Below the pieces are notes generated by a model. That model ran no database searches. It had not been told where the DNA came from and worked only from the letters and a program-made list of their open reading frames with translations. Positions 8,551-19,203 of a DNA stretch of 64,000 nt are shown piece after piece. Positions within the stretch are counted from its first letter, which is position 1, and every line of letters starts with the position of its first letter. The DNA comes from Gemmatimonadota bacterium (GTDB lineage: Bacteria > Gemmatimonadota > Gemmatimonadetes > Gemmatimonadales > GWC2-71-9): contig JANYKV010000090.1 of NCBI GenBank assembly GCA_025358055.1, forward strand, positions 1,075 to 65,074, read 5' to 3'. The position numbers and the translations under genes are program-made.

Positions 8551-9512
8551 CAGGCCTCGGCGAACGCGCCCATGGCCCCGTACTTCTCGGCGCGCCGCTT
8601 GATCAGCTTCTCGGGCCGGATCTTGCGGAGTTCGCCAAGGTGCCGAACGAGTACGCTGCGGAGCGCTTCGCCGGCACCTTCGGGATCATAGTGCGCACCA
8701 CCGAGAGGTTCAGGAATGACCTCGTCGATGATATTGAGTTTGAGGAGATCCGAGGCGGTGAGTTTCAGCGCCTCAGCCGCGCGCTCTCGTTGGGTCGCGT
8801 CTTTCCAGAGAATGGCGGCGCACCCCTCGGGAGTGATTACGGAATACACAGAATTCTCGAACATCAGCACGCGATCCGCGACCCCGAGCGCGAGGGCTCC
8901 ACCGGACCCACCTTCACCGATCACGACGGCAATCGATTGGGTCGGCAACGCGGCCATTTCAATGATGTTCGTCGCCAGCGCCTCGGCCTGACCCCGCTCC
9001 TCGGCCGCGATGCCCGGGTAGGCGCCCGGCGTGTCGATGAGGGTGATGAGTGGGGCGTGGAATTTGGCGGCCATGCGCATCAACCGAAGCGCTTTGCGAT
9101 ATCCTTCAGGATGGGGCATTCCAAAATTGCGTTTTAGGTTGTCTCGGGTATCGCGACCCTTTTGATGGCCGATGACCATCACTGAGGTTCCGGCCAGCCG
9201 GGCCCACCCCCCGACAATCGCCGGGTCATCACGGAAAAGCCGGTCGCCATGGAGCTCCACGAAATCGGTGAAAATGCTGCTCAGGTAGTCCAGCGTGGCC
9301 GGCCGGCGCTGATGCCGGGCCACAGCGACCCGCTGCATCGGCGTCAGATTGTGGTAGATCTCCTGCCGCAAGGAGTCGAGTTTGGCCTGGAGCGTTTGCA
9401 GCTCCGAGTCGACGTCGATCTTGCCTTCTTCGCCGACGCGCTTGAGCTCGTCGATTTGGCGCTCCAGCTCCAGCAAGGGCTTCTCGAAGTCCAAGGTGTA
9501 CTGGTTGGCCAT
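8550..9512 (-). CDS. accA: acetyl-CoA carboxylase carboxyltransferase subunit alpha
   Basis: Full-length AccA-like protein of 320 aa. Motifs GGSGGALALGVADRVLMFENSVYSVITPEGCAAILWKD and MPHPEGYRKALR. Its stop overlaps the PSP1 ATG by 1 nt (8550). Confidence 0.95.
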   Translation of the reverse strand: MANQYTLDFEKPLLELERQIDELKRVGEEGKIDVDSELQTLQAKLDSLRQEIYHNLTPMQRVAVARHQRRPATLDYLSSIFTDFVELHGDRLFRDDPAIVGGWARLAGTSVMVIGHQKGRDTRDNLKRNFGMPHPEGYRKALRLMRMAAKFHAPLITLIDTPGAYPGIAAEERGQAEALATNIIEMAALPTQSIAVVIGEGGSGGALALGVADRVLMFENSVYSVITPEGCAAILWKDATQRERAAEALKLTASDLLKLNIIDEVIPEPLGGAHYDPEGAGEALRSVLVRHLGELRKIRPEKLIKRRAEKYGAMGAFAEA

Positions 9513-9515
9513 GCC

Positions 9516-12500
9516 TTACCCCGCCTTGACGTAGCGAATTGCATCGGCGCCCAAGAGGGTCTTGAGGGCCAGAACAACGTCTTCCTCGGGCTGAATGCGG
9601 ATCCGGCGCGCCTTGAGCCGCATTGACTCGCCGTTGCCATCGGACCACTCAATATAGACCGGAGCCGGGCCGGGGTGAGTGGCGCAGAGCCGGGCCATAG
9701 CTCGGATCGTTTCCGCCGGTGGAGCCGACGATGCGGCCCAGCTGAACGCAATCCCGATGGCTCCCGAGGCCTTGAGCTCGGCCAGGAGCCTAGCGTTCTC
9801 CACGACGAACGGTGCTCGGTCTTCCCCTCGGTCCCGGGTACTATAGCCCCCAGTAAGCAGGACCGCCGAGTCGACCAGAATCACCTGGTTGAGCTTGGCC
9901 CAGGCCTCCGGGAAGACGATGGCCTCTGCCGTGCCGTGGAAATCCTCGAGAACCAGCCGGGCGTACTCCTTCCCGGTCTTCTTCGAGATCTGCCGCTTCA
10001 CGCCGGTCACAACGACGGCCACATTGACCTGGTGCTCGCCCCACTCGCTCAAGGTCGCTGTGGTTCGGGTCCCGAAGACCTCAACCTCGGCCCGATACCG
10101 CTCCAGGGGGTGGCCTGAGATGAAAAACCCCAGGACTTCTTTCTCCCGGATCAATCGCTCGGCCTCGGGCCAGGGAGGCACGTCCGGTAAGGGGTGCTCG
10201 GCCGGTTCGGCCGACGGGGCTGCTTCCCCGAACAAGGACCCCTGGCCGGCCTCCTTTTCCTCCTGCTGAAGCTGCGCTTCGCTGAGCGCGCTGTCCAGGG
10301 CGGCCAGAAGCTGGCTCCGGTGGCCTCCGAGGGAGTCGCAGGCCCCGGCTGCCACCAGCGACTCAATCACGCGCTTGTTGCAGAGCCGGAGATCCAGACG
10401 CTCCACGAAGTCGGTAAGGGTGGCAAAAGGTTCGGGCGTGCGGGCGGCGAGGATGGAGTCGATCGCGCCGCGACCCACATTGCGGACCGCGCCGAGGCCG
10501 AATCGAATCCGGGTTTCGCCCACGACCGTGAACTTGAATCCGGATTCGTTGACATCGGGCGGGAGGACTTCAAGTCCGAGTTCACGCGCCTCGTTAATGT
10601 ACTGCACGACCTTGTCCGTGTTGCCGATTTCGGACGACAGCAGCGCCGCCATGAATTCGGCGGGGTGGTGCGTCTTGAGCCAGGCGGTGTGGTACGACAG
10701 GACCGAATACGCGACGGAGTGCGATTTGTTGAATCCGTATCGGCCGAACGTTTCGATTTGGCCGGCGAGCTCTTCGAGAAGCTTACGAGGATGTGCCAGC
10801 GCCAACCCGCGTTCGATGAACTTGCCGAGCTCTTTCTTGATGAGATCGGCATCCTTTTTTCCGACTGCCTTGCGAAGCACGTCGGCTTCCGCGAGGCTGA
10901 ACCCCGCGATCACGTTTGCGATCCGCATCACCTGTTCTTGGTACGTGATGACCCCATAGGTTGGGGCCAGGATCTCCGCGAGGGACGGATGCGGATAAGT
11001 CACCCGTTCCTGTCCGAGTTTGCGCCGAATGAACACCGTGTGCATGCCCGCGTCCAGCGGACCGGGCCGGAGCAGGGCGTTCGAGGCTACCAGGTCGTCG
11101 AACCGGTCGCACTTCATAGCACGCAGCGTCTCGGTCGCCAGCGGCGATTCAAATTGGAAGACCCCGGCCGTGCGCCCCCGTCGGAGGAGCTCATAGACCG
11201 CGGGGTCGTCGAAGTGCAGCGTTTCCATCTCGATCGCGACACCCTTGCGAGCCGCGATCATCGCGACGGCGTCATGGATCACGGTCAGAGTCTTCAGCCC
11301 AAGCAGGTCCATCTTGAGCATGCCGACCTTTTCTAACGCCACCATGTCGTATTGCGTGATGATCGCGTTTTCGCCATCGGCCGTCTGGCCCGCGCCCTTG
11401 GTGGGAGCGGTACACACCGGCACATAGTCCGCGAGCGGCCCAGGCGCGATCACCACACCGGCTGCGTGCACGGAGGCGTGGCGGGAGATGCCTTCGATCC
11501 GCGCTCCGAGGTCGACGAGCCGCTGATAGACCGGCGCCGATTTCACCAGCTCCCTGAGTTCATCGATCTTGGATACCGCTTCGGGAATGGTGAGGCTATA
11601 GGCCGGCCCCGAGGGGACGAGCTTGGTGATGCGGTCGGCATCGCCCGGCCCAATCTTGAGTACTCGGGCTACGTCCTTGATGGCGGCGCGTGCTTTCAGG
11701 GTCCCGAACGTGATGATCTGCCCCACGCTCTCTCGCCCGTAACGCTCGCGCACGTACTCGATCACCTCGCCCCGGCGCTCGAAGCAGAAGTCCACGTCGA
11801 TATCGGGCATCGATACGCGCTCGGGGTTCAAAAATCGCTCGAACAGCAGGTCGAAGGCGAGGGGATCCACATCCGTGATCCGAAGCGCGTATGCCACCAG
11901 CGACCCGGCGGCGGAACCACGTCCCGGCCCGACCGGGATGCCGCGATCCCGGGCGGCCTGGATAAAATCCTGGACAATCAGGAAATAGCCCGAATAGCCG
12001 GCCTTCGTGATCACGCCGAGTTCGAAGTCCAAACGCTCTTGAACCGGCTGGGGGAGCGGGGTGCCGTAGCGACGGGCGGCGCCCGTCGCCGCCAGGTCGG
12101 CTAGAAGCAGTTCATCGCTCTGGTGCGAAGCCGGGAGGGGAAACTCAGGGAGAAAGTAGCGCTTTTCGAAGTCAAATTCACACAAATTGGCGACGGTTTG
12201 AGTGTTCGCGAGTGTTTCCGGATGCTCCCGAAACAGCGTGCGCATTTCGGCTTCGCTCTTCACGTAGGATTCCTGCCCCGTGAACCGGAATCGCTTTGGA
12301 TCGTCCAAATCCGCGCCGGTGCCAATGGCGAGGAGGACGTCGTGGGCTTCGGCATCTTCGCGGTGGAGGTAGTGGGCATCGTTCGTTGCCACCACTCCGA
12401 GCCCCAACTCCTTGCCGAGTTGGATCATGCCCTCGGTGACGAGGCGTTCGTCGGGAATTCCGTGTTCCTGGATCTCCAGCCAAAACCCGTCGGGTCCGAA

Positions 12501-12998
12501 GTTCCGGGCAAGCCACTCTGCGGCTTGCTTTGCCTCATCGTACTTGCCCTGTCGGAGGTACAATGCCACCTCGCCCGAGAGGCATGCCGCCAGGCACACG
12601 ATGCCTTCGGAGTATTTCGCCAGAACTTCCTTGTCGATCCGAGGCCGTCGATAGAAACCCTCGACGAACCCGATCGACGTGAGGCGGGCAAGATTGTTGT
12701 ACCCTTGCCGATTCTTGGCGAGCAACACGAGATGGCTATATGCCGCGGGAGCCCATTGAGGCTTTTGCTGTTCCGTGCGTGGGCCAAAAGCCACGTAGGC
12801 TTCGAAGCCGAGGATCGGCCGGATCCGTTTCGCCTTCGCGGTCTCATAAAAAGACCAGGCCGCGTGCATGTTGCCGTGGTCCGTGACGGCCAGGCTGTCC
12901 ATGCCGAGTTTGACGACATGATCGACCAGATCAGGGATCCGGTTCGCTCCGTCGAGGAGGGAGTACTCGCTGTGTGTATGTAGGTGAATGAAGCCCAT
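9516..12998 (-). CDS. dnaE: DNA polymerase III subunit alpha
   Basis: 1160 aa. PHP-domain start MGFIHLHTHSEYSLLDG, core GRGSAAGSLVAYALRITDVDP and PDIDVDF, and an OB-fold-like C-terminus. Confidence 0.97.
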   Translation of the reverse strand: MGFIHLHTHSEYSLLDGANRIPDLVDHVVKLGMDSLAVTDHGNMHAAWSFYETAKAKRIRPILGFEAYVAFGPRTEQQKPQWAPAAYSHLVLLAKNRQGYNNLARLTSIGFVEGFYRRPRIDKEVLAKYSEGIVCLAACLSGEVALYLRQGKYDEAKQAAEWLARNFGPDGFWLEIQEHGIPDERLVTEGMIQLGKELGLGVVATNDAHYLHREDAEAHDVLLAIGTGADLDDPKRFRFTGQESYVKSEAEMRTLFREHPETLANTQTVANLCEFDFEKRYFLPEFPLPASHQSDELLLADLAATGAARRYGTPLPQPVQERLDFELGVITKAGYSGYFLIVQDFIQAARDRGIPVGPGRGSAAGSLVAYALRITDVDPLAFDLLFERFLNPERVSMPDIDVDFCFERRGEVIEYVRERYGRESVGQIITFGTLKARAAIKDVARVLKIGPGDADRITKLVPSGPAYSLTIPEAVSKIDELRELVKSAPVYQRLVDLGARIEGISRHASVHAAGVVIAPGPLADYVPVCTAPTKGAGQTADGENAIITQYDMVALEKVGMLKMDLLGLKTLTVIHDAVAMIAARKGVAIEMETLHFDDPAVYELLRRGRTAGVFQFESPLATETLRAMKCDRFDDLVASNALLRPGPLDAGMHTVFIRRKLGQERVTYPHPSLAEILAPTYGVITYQEQVMRIANVIAGFSLAEADVLRKAVGKKDADLIKKELGKFIERGLALAHPRKLLEELAGQIETFGRYGFNKSHSVAYSVLSYHTAWLKTHHPAEFMAALLSSEIGNTDKVVQYINEARELGLEVLPPDVNESGFKFTVVGETRIRFGLGAVRNVGRGAIDSILAARTPEPFATLTDFVERLDLRLCNKRVIESLVAAGACDSLGGHRSQLLAALDSALSEAQLQQEEKEAGQGSLFGEAAPSAEPAEHPLPDVPPWPEAERLIREKEVLGFFISGHPLERYRAEVEVFGTRTTATLSEWGEHQVNVAVVVTGVKRQISKKTGKEYARLVLEDFHGTAEAIVFPEAWAKLNQVILVDSAVLLTGGYSTRDRGEDRAPFVVENARLLAELKASGAIGIAFSWAASSAPPAETIRAMARLCATHPGPAPVYIEWSDGNGESMRLKARRIRIQPEEDVVLALKTLLGADAIRYVKAG

Positions 12999-13325
12999 TG
13001 ATGTTGCCCAGCGTGTGGCGGCGTCCAGCGGGACACCGGCACCCCGGAATCGAAGAAGGAACCAGGGCGGCGCTCCGGACGCGGAACGTGGTCCTCAGTC
13101 CTAAAATGTGCGGCGGGCCCTCACGCAGCGTGGCTCTCGTACTCCATGAGGTGTGCCGTGACCCAATCGCCTTGCGGGTTCATTCCATTCCGAGCCCATG
13201 AAGGGCCTGACAAATCGAGTCGACGGGAAGGTATTCCTGAAGGGTTCGATTGTCAAAAGTCATTGTCGGGTCTTATTTTGGAGCGTCGCAGCTGGTCTTT
13301 TTCGCATTCCGGGAGTCGCTCCCCT

Positions 13326-15008
13326 ATGACGTATCGTCGCGTCCACTTTGGCTACCTCCTTGGCCTCGTTGTCGGTTGTGGTGGAGGGACCCAGACCCAG
13401 CCTCCCCCGACCAATCTTGCCTGCGATGCTCCAATCCAATTGGCGCTGACGGTCGGTGAGCATCAGGTTTTGGACCCTTCAAGCAGCAAAGGGTGTGTGC
13501 GTTTGACCGCTCCCGGAGCCGCTGCTGAGTACCTCGTGGTCGCAACATCGACTTCGGGCTTGGTCGTCACGGGTGGGGTGGGCGCCCTGTACACGCTCCG
13601 GACCGGCCCAGCCGGCTCGCTGCTCTCGTCTCCCTCCGCGGTGGCGGCCCAGGCGTCCCTGACCGGACCAGGTCGCTTGACGGTTCCAGAGCGATTCGAT
13701 GCCATGCTACGCCAGCGGGAACGCGACCTCGCGCAGAATCCGTCGAGGTTCTTCATTTCGCCGCCGGTTGGTGCTCCCAAGGCGCCACCCGCCGTGGGCG
13801 ACCGTCGTGATTTCCAGGTCTGCAAGGATCTTCAATGCAACACCTTCGCCACTGTTCCCGCGACGGCCCGGTCCGTAGGTCAACACGTCGCCGTGTATCT
13901 CGAGGACAGCAGTGCCGTGTTCCCGATCCCCGCCACGGACACACTGGAGCAGGCTGATCTCGATGATTTCCGCGACACCTTCGACACGTATCACTACCCG
14001 ATCGACAACACGGCATTCGGCCAAGAATCCGATATCGACAACAACGGCGTCGTCGACATTCTCTTGACCACCGCCGTCAATAGGCTCACCCCCGATTGCA
14101 CCAACGGCCGTGTCATCGGCTACTTTTTCGGCGGTGACCTCAGCACGACCCTACCCAACAGCAACAAGGCGGAAGTGTTCTACGGATTTGCCCCGTCCGC
14201 GGCGACAGCGAAATGCCCCTCTATCTCTCGGCAGCAGGCGGTGGATCGGCTCAAGCCGACGTTGATCCACGAATTCCAGCATATGATCAGCTACAACCAG
14301 CATGCGCTTCAACGCCAGGGCGCAGGCGAGGTCACCTGGCTCAACGAAGCCCTCTCGCACTACGCGGAAGAGCTAGGTGGCCACCTCATTCCAGCAAACG
14401 AATGCCCCCGGTTCTCGTCGTGCCGTAGTCAATACATTTCACCCGATCTGTTCAACGCCTACGACTATCTGTCCAATACCGAAGGGAACTTTCTGGTCTA
14501 TCCTCAGGAGTCGTCGGGGACCTTGGCGGAGCGCGGTGCCAGTTGGATGTTCGTGCGGTGGCTCACCGATCAGTTCGGGAGTGACTCGCTCGGGACGAAC
14601 GTCACGCGTGCGCTCGACGGCACCAGCGCAGTGGGTGCGGAGAACGTTTCCGCTGTGGTCGGTGCCGAATTCGCGACCTTGGTCACCCAGTGGCAGTTGG
14701 CGAATTATCTCACGGATTTGACGGGGTTTTCCGCGACGAGTGCTCGGCTGTCGTACAAGACCTGGGGGTTTCGGAAGGTCTACACCGATCCTCGTAACGT
14801 CCAGGCATTCCCGGCGGGATTTCCCCTCAAGCCCGACACCGCGACCGGAGCCTATTCGCACAGCGGAACCCTTCGCGGTGGATCGGGTCGGCATTTACTG
14901 ATCGAGCAAGCAGTTGGCAGTGCCGTGGACCTACAGCTGAAGAGTTCCACCGGTGGAGCCCTCGGCGCGTCAGTCGGCGCGAGGCTTGGGATTGTTCGGA
15001 TTCGGTGA
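13326..15008 (+). CDS. secreted zinc metalloprotease-like lipoprotein (gluzincin-type HEXXH...E)
   Basis: ORF 13146..15008 trimmed to ATG 13326 (MTYRRVHFGYLLGLVVGCGGG, lipobox). LIHEFQHMI is followed about 20 residues later by WLNEALSHY. The exact peptidase family is not recognised. Confidence 0.6.
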   Translation: MTYRRVHFGYLLGLVVGCGGGTQTQPPPTNLACDAPIQLALTVGEHQVLDPSSSKGCVRLTAPGAAAEYLVVATSTSGLVVTGGVGALYTLRTGPAGSLLSSPSAVAAQASLTGPGRLTVPERFDAMLRQRERDLAQNPSRFFISPPVGAPKAPPAVGDRRDFQVCKDLQCNTFATVPATARSVGQHVAVYLEDSSAVFPIPATDTLEQADLDDFRDTFDTYHYPIDNTAFGQESDIDNNGVVDILLTTAVNRLTPDCTNGRVIGYFFGGDLSTTLPNSNKAEVFYGFAPSAATAKCPSISRQQAVDRLKPTLIHEFQHMISYNQHALQRQGAGEVTWLNEALSHYAEELGGHLIPANECPRFSSCRSQYISPDLFNAYDYLSNTEGNFLVYPQESSGTLAERGASWMFVRWLTDQFGSDSLGTNVTRALDGTSAVGAENVSAVVGAEFATLVTQWQLANYLTDLTGFSATSARLSYKTWGFRKVYTDPRNVQAFPAGFPLKPDTATGAYSHSGTLRGGSGRHLLIEQAVGSAVDLQLKSSTGGALGASVGARLGIVRIR

Positions 15009-15891
15009 GTGGCTCGCCGGAGGCGTGGGGCTCGCCATCACTCTCACGGTGACTCGTGCGAACGGGTTGGTGGCGCAAGAGCCACCTATTCCGGTCCTTC
15101 CTTCCCTCCCCGCCACGGTCCGAGTCGCAGGACTGGGTGGGGCCGGCGTGGCCATGAACGGATACGCCGGATCGATCTTCTCTAATCCGTCGGGACTGGC
15201 GCCGATTCGCGCTCTGAGCCTCGAGGTCGCGTTTGCCCGACTGCCGGACCGGTCGACCTACACGATGGGGGCGGGCGCATTTCGCCTCGGGCGGTTTAAT
15301 CTGGGCGGAGGGTATCAGTACCTCCAGTTCCGGTCCGGCGGCCCGGTGATCGATAACGTCGCGCTGGCTGGTGCGGCGGTGTACCGATTCGGTGGCGTCG
15401 CGGCAGGTGCCACGACCAAATATGTCGCGGTCGAAGACTCGGCCGGCAAGGGTACCAGCGCGCTCACCAACGACCTCGGGGTCACCATCGCTTTTTTCGA
15501 CATCATGGCCCTCGGACTCAGTGTCCAGAATGTTGGTCCGGCTTCGATCAAGGGCTCGCGTTTGCGGCTGCCGACGGCCGTACACTTTGGCTTCAGTTTC
15601 AATTTGCTCGATACCTACTCCAATGGAAGGCTGCTCGCGAGCGTGGAAACGGTCTGGACCCAGAGCCAGCACAGGCGGACCGTGGTTGGACTCGAAGCCG
15701 GCGCGGTGTTCTATGGCATCGGCCTCGTGGGGCGAATCGGAACCGGGGCGCAATCTCCCGATGGGCGCGTATCGGAGACGTCCTACGGAGGGGGGCTCGT
15801 GCTGGGGCGGGCGCACGTCGACTATGCCTACCAGCCCGAAAGTGCCCTCGGAAAGAGCGTTCACCTCGTTGGCGTCCGCTGGACGCCGTGA
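14953..15891 (+). CDS. outer-membrane beta-barrel protein, PorV/FadL-like opening motif
   Basis: Alternating beta-strand pattern throughout. GLGGAGVAMNGYAGSIFSNPSGLA resembles the G-x-G...NPAGLA opening of PorV/PorQ-type barrels. The start is ambiguous (TTG 14986/14992 or GTG 15025 are possible) because the ORF overlaps the upstream gene. Confidence 0.5.
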   Translation: MEPSARQSARGLGLFGFGEWLAGGVGLAITLTVTRANGLVAQEPPIPVLPSLPATVRVAGLGGAGVAMNGYAGSIFSNPSGLAPIRALSLEVAFARLPDRSTYTMGAGAFRLGRFNLGGGYQYLQFRSGGPVIDNVALAGAAVYRFGGVAAGATTKYVAVEDSAGKGTSALTNDLGVTIAFFDIMALGLSVQNVGPASIKGSRLRLPTAVHFGFSFNLLDTYSNGRLLASVETVWTQSQHRRTVVGLEAGAVFYGIGLVGRIGTGAQSPDGRVSETSYGGGLVLGRAHVDYAYQPESALGKSVHLVGVRWTP

Positions 15892-16973
15892 TTCGTCGTC
15901 GGATTCGTATGGCAATTCTCTTCGTGGCGCTTGCCCTGTTCTTTGGGTACGGATCCGCCTATGTCCTGAGCGAGGACGTCCGGTATTTGAGTCGGGCGGG
16001 AATCGAGGAGACGCGGATTCTCCAACATCGAAAACCACTCGAAAAGCTTCTCGCCGACTCGAGCCTCGCTCCGGCGACGCGCGCGCAACTGGGCCTGGTA
16101 GTCGACGTGCGACGGTTCGCCACTACGCTCGGATTGAAGGCAGGAGAAACCTACACGGCATTCTCCGACGTCGGCCGCGACACACTACTCTTGGTACTCT
16201 CGGCGTCCCCCAAGGACTGCATCTGTCCGTATATGTGGAAGTACCCCATTGTCGGCCGCATTCCCTACAAGGGCTTCTTCGATCCCAAGATGGCCCAGAA
16301 GGAGGCGGATCGCCTCGCCGAGAAACGGTATGACATCTATCTGCGGCCGGCAGCCGCGTTCTCGACCCTGGGCTGGTTCAACGATCCTCTGCTCTCGACG
16401 GCGCTGACGCGCGATTCGGTCGAAATGGCCGCGTTGGTGTTCCACGAAATCGCGCACAACACCCTTTATGTGAACAGCGCAACGTCCTTCAATGAGAGCT
16501 TCGCTCAGCTCGTGGGCTATCGCGCGGCGGAGTCCTATTTCACGAGCCGGGGGGACTCGGTCGCGGCCCGGCGGGCCCGGGAGCGCTGGCTGGATGAAAT
16601 CATCCTCGATCGATATTACGCGGACCTCTTGCAGCGCCTGGAAGGATTTTACGGCACGAAGCCCGCCCAGGACGCCCTCGATTCCGGACGGGTGGCGATC
16701 AGCGGGTGGGCGCGCGACCAACTCCAGGGTCCGGTCGGTGCGCAACTCCGCACCTACTCCGTCGGGGTCCTCGCCGAGCGGCCGATCAACAATGCGCGGC
16801 TGGTGGGGATTCGACTCTACCGCACCCATCTCGATTGGTTCGAACAGTGGTTCGAGGCCCACGGGGCCGATGTCTCCGTCGCCGTCAAGAAACTGCGCGA
16901 CCTCATGGTGGGGGCCGTCGGAGATTCGGCCTTTGCTCGATTGGGGCGTGGGGTAGCGGGGTCGCCCCACTAA
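15888..16973 (+). CDS. putative zinc aminopeptidase (family formerly DUF2265)
   Basis: Motifs FHEIAHNTLYV and SFNESFAQ. N-terminal anchor MAILFVALALFFGYG. A 4-nt overlap with the barrel gene (15888-15891). Confidence 0.7.
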   Translation: MIRRRIRMAILFVALALFFGYGSAYVLSEDVRYLSRAGIEETRILQHRKPLEKLLADSSLAPATRAQLGLVVDVRRFATTLGLKAGETYTAFSDVGRDTLLLVLSASPKDCICPYMWKYPIVGRIPYKGFFDPKMAQKEADRLAEKRYDIYLRPAAAFSTLGWFNDPLLSTALTRDSVEMAALVFHEIAHNTLYVNSATSFNESFAQLVGYRAAESYFTSRGDSVAARRARERWLDEIILDRYYADLLQRLEGFYGTKPAQDALDSGRVAISGWARDQLQGPVGAQLRTYSVGVLAERPINNARLVGIRLYRTHLDWFEQWFEAHGADVSVAVKKLRDLMVGAVGDSAFARLGRGVAGSPH

Positions 16974-17188
16974 AGCCATACCGACTTGTCCGCGGGCCCG
17001 GTGTCATGGTTTTGTTCAGGGCGCCGCAAGGCCTTCGATGGGCAACACCATTGGGAACACTACTAGGGTGATGCGCCAGCGCCGCAGCCTGATGTAACGT
17101 TCCCCTGGACAAGCCGAGGCTTTCCACCAAATTCCACCGACGCTGGATTACTCCTTCTTCTCTTCCCCACTTCTAACCCCCAACGCCC

Positions 17189-18583
17189 ATGGATTCCGCA
17201 TTCGTCGCCCGGGAGCAAGACCGCATGCTCCGCGAGCTTTCCGAGTTCCTCGTCATTCCGAGCATCAGCGCTCTGCCCGATCATGCCGGCGATTGTCGTC
17301 GCGCCGCGCAATGGTTGATGCAGCACCTGCGCCACCTCGGCTGTCCGGTCGTGAATCTCATCGAGGGAGAGGGTCATCCGGTGGTGTGGGCCGAGAGCCC
17401 GCGCGTTCCCGGTCGGCCGACGCTCTTGATCTACGGTCACTACGACGTGCAACCCACCGATCCGATCGACGAATGGATCACGCCACCCTTCCAGCCCACG
17501 GTCCGAGACGGGCAACTCCACGCCCGCGGTGCGGCTGACGACAAAGGCCAGGTGTATTGTCTCCTCAAGGCCTATGAGTCCGTGCTTGACCGGGAGCGCC
17601 GGCCGCCGATCAACGTGAATTTTATTTTTGAAGGCGAGGAGGAGTCGGGCGGGAAAGTGATCTTCGATCTCCTCACCAAAGAGCCCGACCGCACGCGGGC
17701 CGACGCGGTGGTCGTGGCCGACATGGCCTACTATGCACCGGGGTGGCCCGCCGTGTACACCGCGTTGCGCGGAATCTGCTACGCCGAAATCACCGTTCGC
17801 ACCCTCCGGCACGATTTGCATTCCGGCACCTATGGTGGCGTCGCGCCCAACGCCATCGAAACGATTGTGCGGATGCTCGCCGACTTGAAGGATCGTTCCG
17901 GGCACATCAATCTGCCCAAACTCTATAAGGCGGTCGAGCCACCCACGAAGAAGGAGCTCAAAGCGTGGAAAGCGTTGCCGTTCGATACCGACCGGTACCG
18001 CGAAGAGGAGGTGACGTCCAAAGCGCTGACCGGTCTCAAAGACCACTCCGTCCTCGAGCGGACGTGGGCGCTCCCGACCTTCGAGATCCACGGCATCCGG
18101 GGTGGATTCATCGGCGACGGCGCGAAGACGGTGATTCCCGCCCAGGCCACTGCCAAGGTCAGCTTGCGACTCGTGCCGGGGCTCTCGATGGACAAAGTCG
18201 CCCGTCAACTCGAGAAAGCAGCCCGTAAAGTCGCTCCGAAGTACGCCGATGTTGAGGTCACCATCCTCCATGGCGGCGACCCGGTGCAGGTCGATATCAC
18301 CCACGAGGCCTTCCGGTTGCTCGACAATGCGTTTGAGTCCGTGGTGGGGCGGCGCGCGGTGCCGGTTCGCGCTGGCGGGTCGATTCCCATTGTGCCTCTG
18401 TTGGGGAAAACGGGGGCCCCGGTGCTCCTTACCGGGATCGGTCTGCCCGACGATCGATTGCATTCGCCCAATGAGAAGCTCGACCTACACCAGCTCTGGG
18501 ATGGGATTCAAGTGTTCGGCAAGTTTTTCGAGCGACTCGCCCAAATGGAGCAAGGCGCGGGAGAAGAAACGACGGAGGACTAG
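17189..18583 (+). CDS. M20 family dipeptidase/metallohydrolase
   Basis: Motifs GHYDVQP, RGAADDKGQ, EGEEESGG and LHSPNE. Length 464 aa. Confidence 0.88.
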   Translation: MDSAFVAREQDRMLRELSEFLVIPSISALPDHAGDCRRAAQWLMQHLRHLGCPVVNLIEGEGHPVVWAESPRVPGRPTLLIYGHYDVQPTDPIDEWITPPFQPTVRDGQLHARGAADDKGQVYCLLKAYESVLDRERRPPINVNFIFEGEEESGGKVIFDLLTKEPDRTRADAVVVADMAYYAPGWPAVYTALRGICYAEITVRTLRHDLHSGTYGGVAPNAIETIVRMLADLKDRSGHINLPKLYKAVEPPTKKELKAWKALPFDTDRYREEEVTSKALTGLKDHSVLERTWALPTFEIHGIRGGFIGDGAKTVIPAQATAKVSLRLVPGLSMDKVARQLEKAARKVAPKYADVEVTILHGGDPVQVDITHEAFRLLDNAFESVVGRRAVPVRAGGSIPIVPLLGKTGAPVLLTGIGLPDDRLHSPNEKLDLHQLWDGIQVFGKFFERLAQMEQGAGEETTED

Positions 18584-18591
18584 CGGGGGGG

Positions 18592-19197
18592 CTACGGTGC
18601 GTCGGGAGCGGGTGGCTCCGCTGATGCCCGCTTCCCACCGGAGTACTGCGATTCGATCCGCACGTGGAGATCATCGGTGCCGATGATCGCTTTAATCGAG
18701 ACAATGATTCCACCGACGACATCATCCGCCCAGTACGAGTCCGGGCGCTCCTTCGGTGGAAGCGCTCCGGCGCTTTTCTCCAAGAAACCGATCGCCGTGG
18801 TCACCCACTCGGCCTGTGCAGAGGCCACGAGGGACCAAGAGCCGGTTGCCCGGAGCTCCATATCCGCCAGAGCCTGAAGATGGCTTTCGATTTCCGCAAT
18901 AACTCGTTTGGATCGCAGTCGCTCAGCCACCAACGAGAGGACCGTTTTGCGTTCGGTCTCTTGTGGCTCCGGTAACGGGGCAAGGTAGTGCCGTTGATCG
19001 GCGACCATTTCCGCTAGACGGACACAAACCGCAAGAATCGCCGGGGTGAGGGCCGGGGGAGCCTCTTTCGCCCAGCTCGACGCTGCGCGAAGGATGTCCT
19101 CCACCTTGGCTTCGGCGAGATGCTCGCATTTCTGGCGGTCAGGCGTTTCGGCCATAGGGAAGGAAAGATAGGCACGTCCATGGACCGCCACCACCAC
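18592..19197 (-). CDS. hypothetical soluble protein, partner of the Mo-oxidoreductase gene
   Basis: The ORF starts 6 nt after the upstream stop (GTG 19197; alternative ATG 19155). Helical N-terminal half. No family recognised. Confidence 0.45.
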   Translation of the reverse strand: MVVAVHGRAYLSFPMAETPDRQKCEHLAEAKVEDILRAASSWAKEAPPALTPAILAVCVRLAEMVADQRHYLAPLPEPQETERKTVLSLVAERLRSKRVIAEIESHLQALADMELRATGSWSLVASAQAEWVTTAIGFLEKSAGALPPKERPDSYWADDVVGGIIVSIKAIIGTDDLHVRIESQYSGGKRASAEPPAPDAP

Positions 19198-19203
19198 CCC
19201 GGG

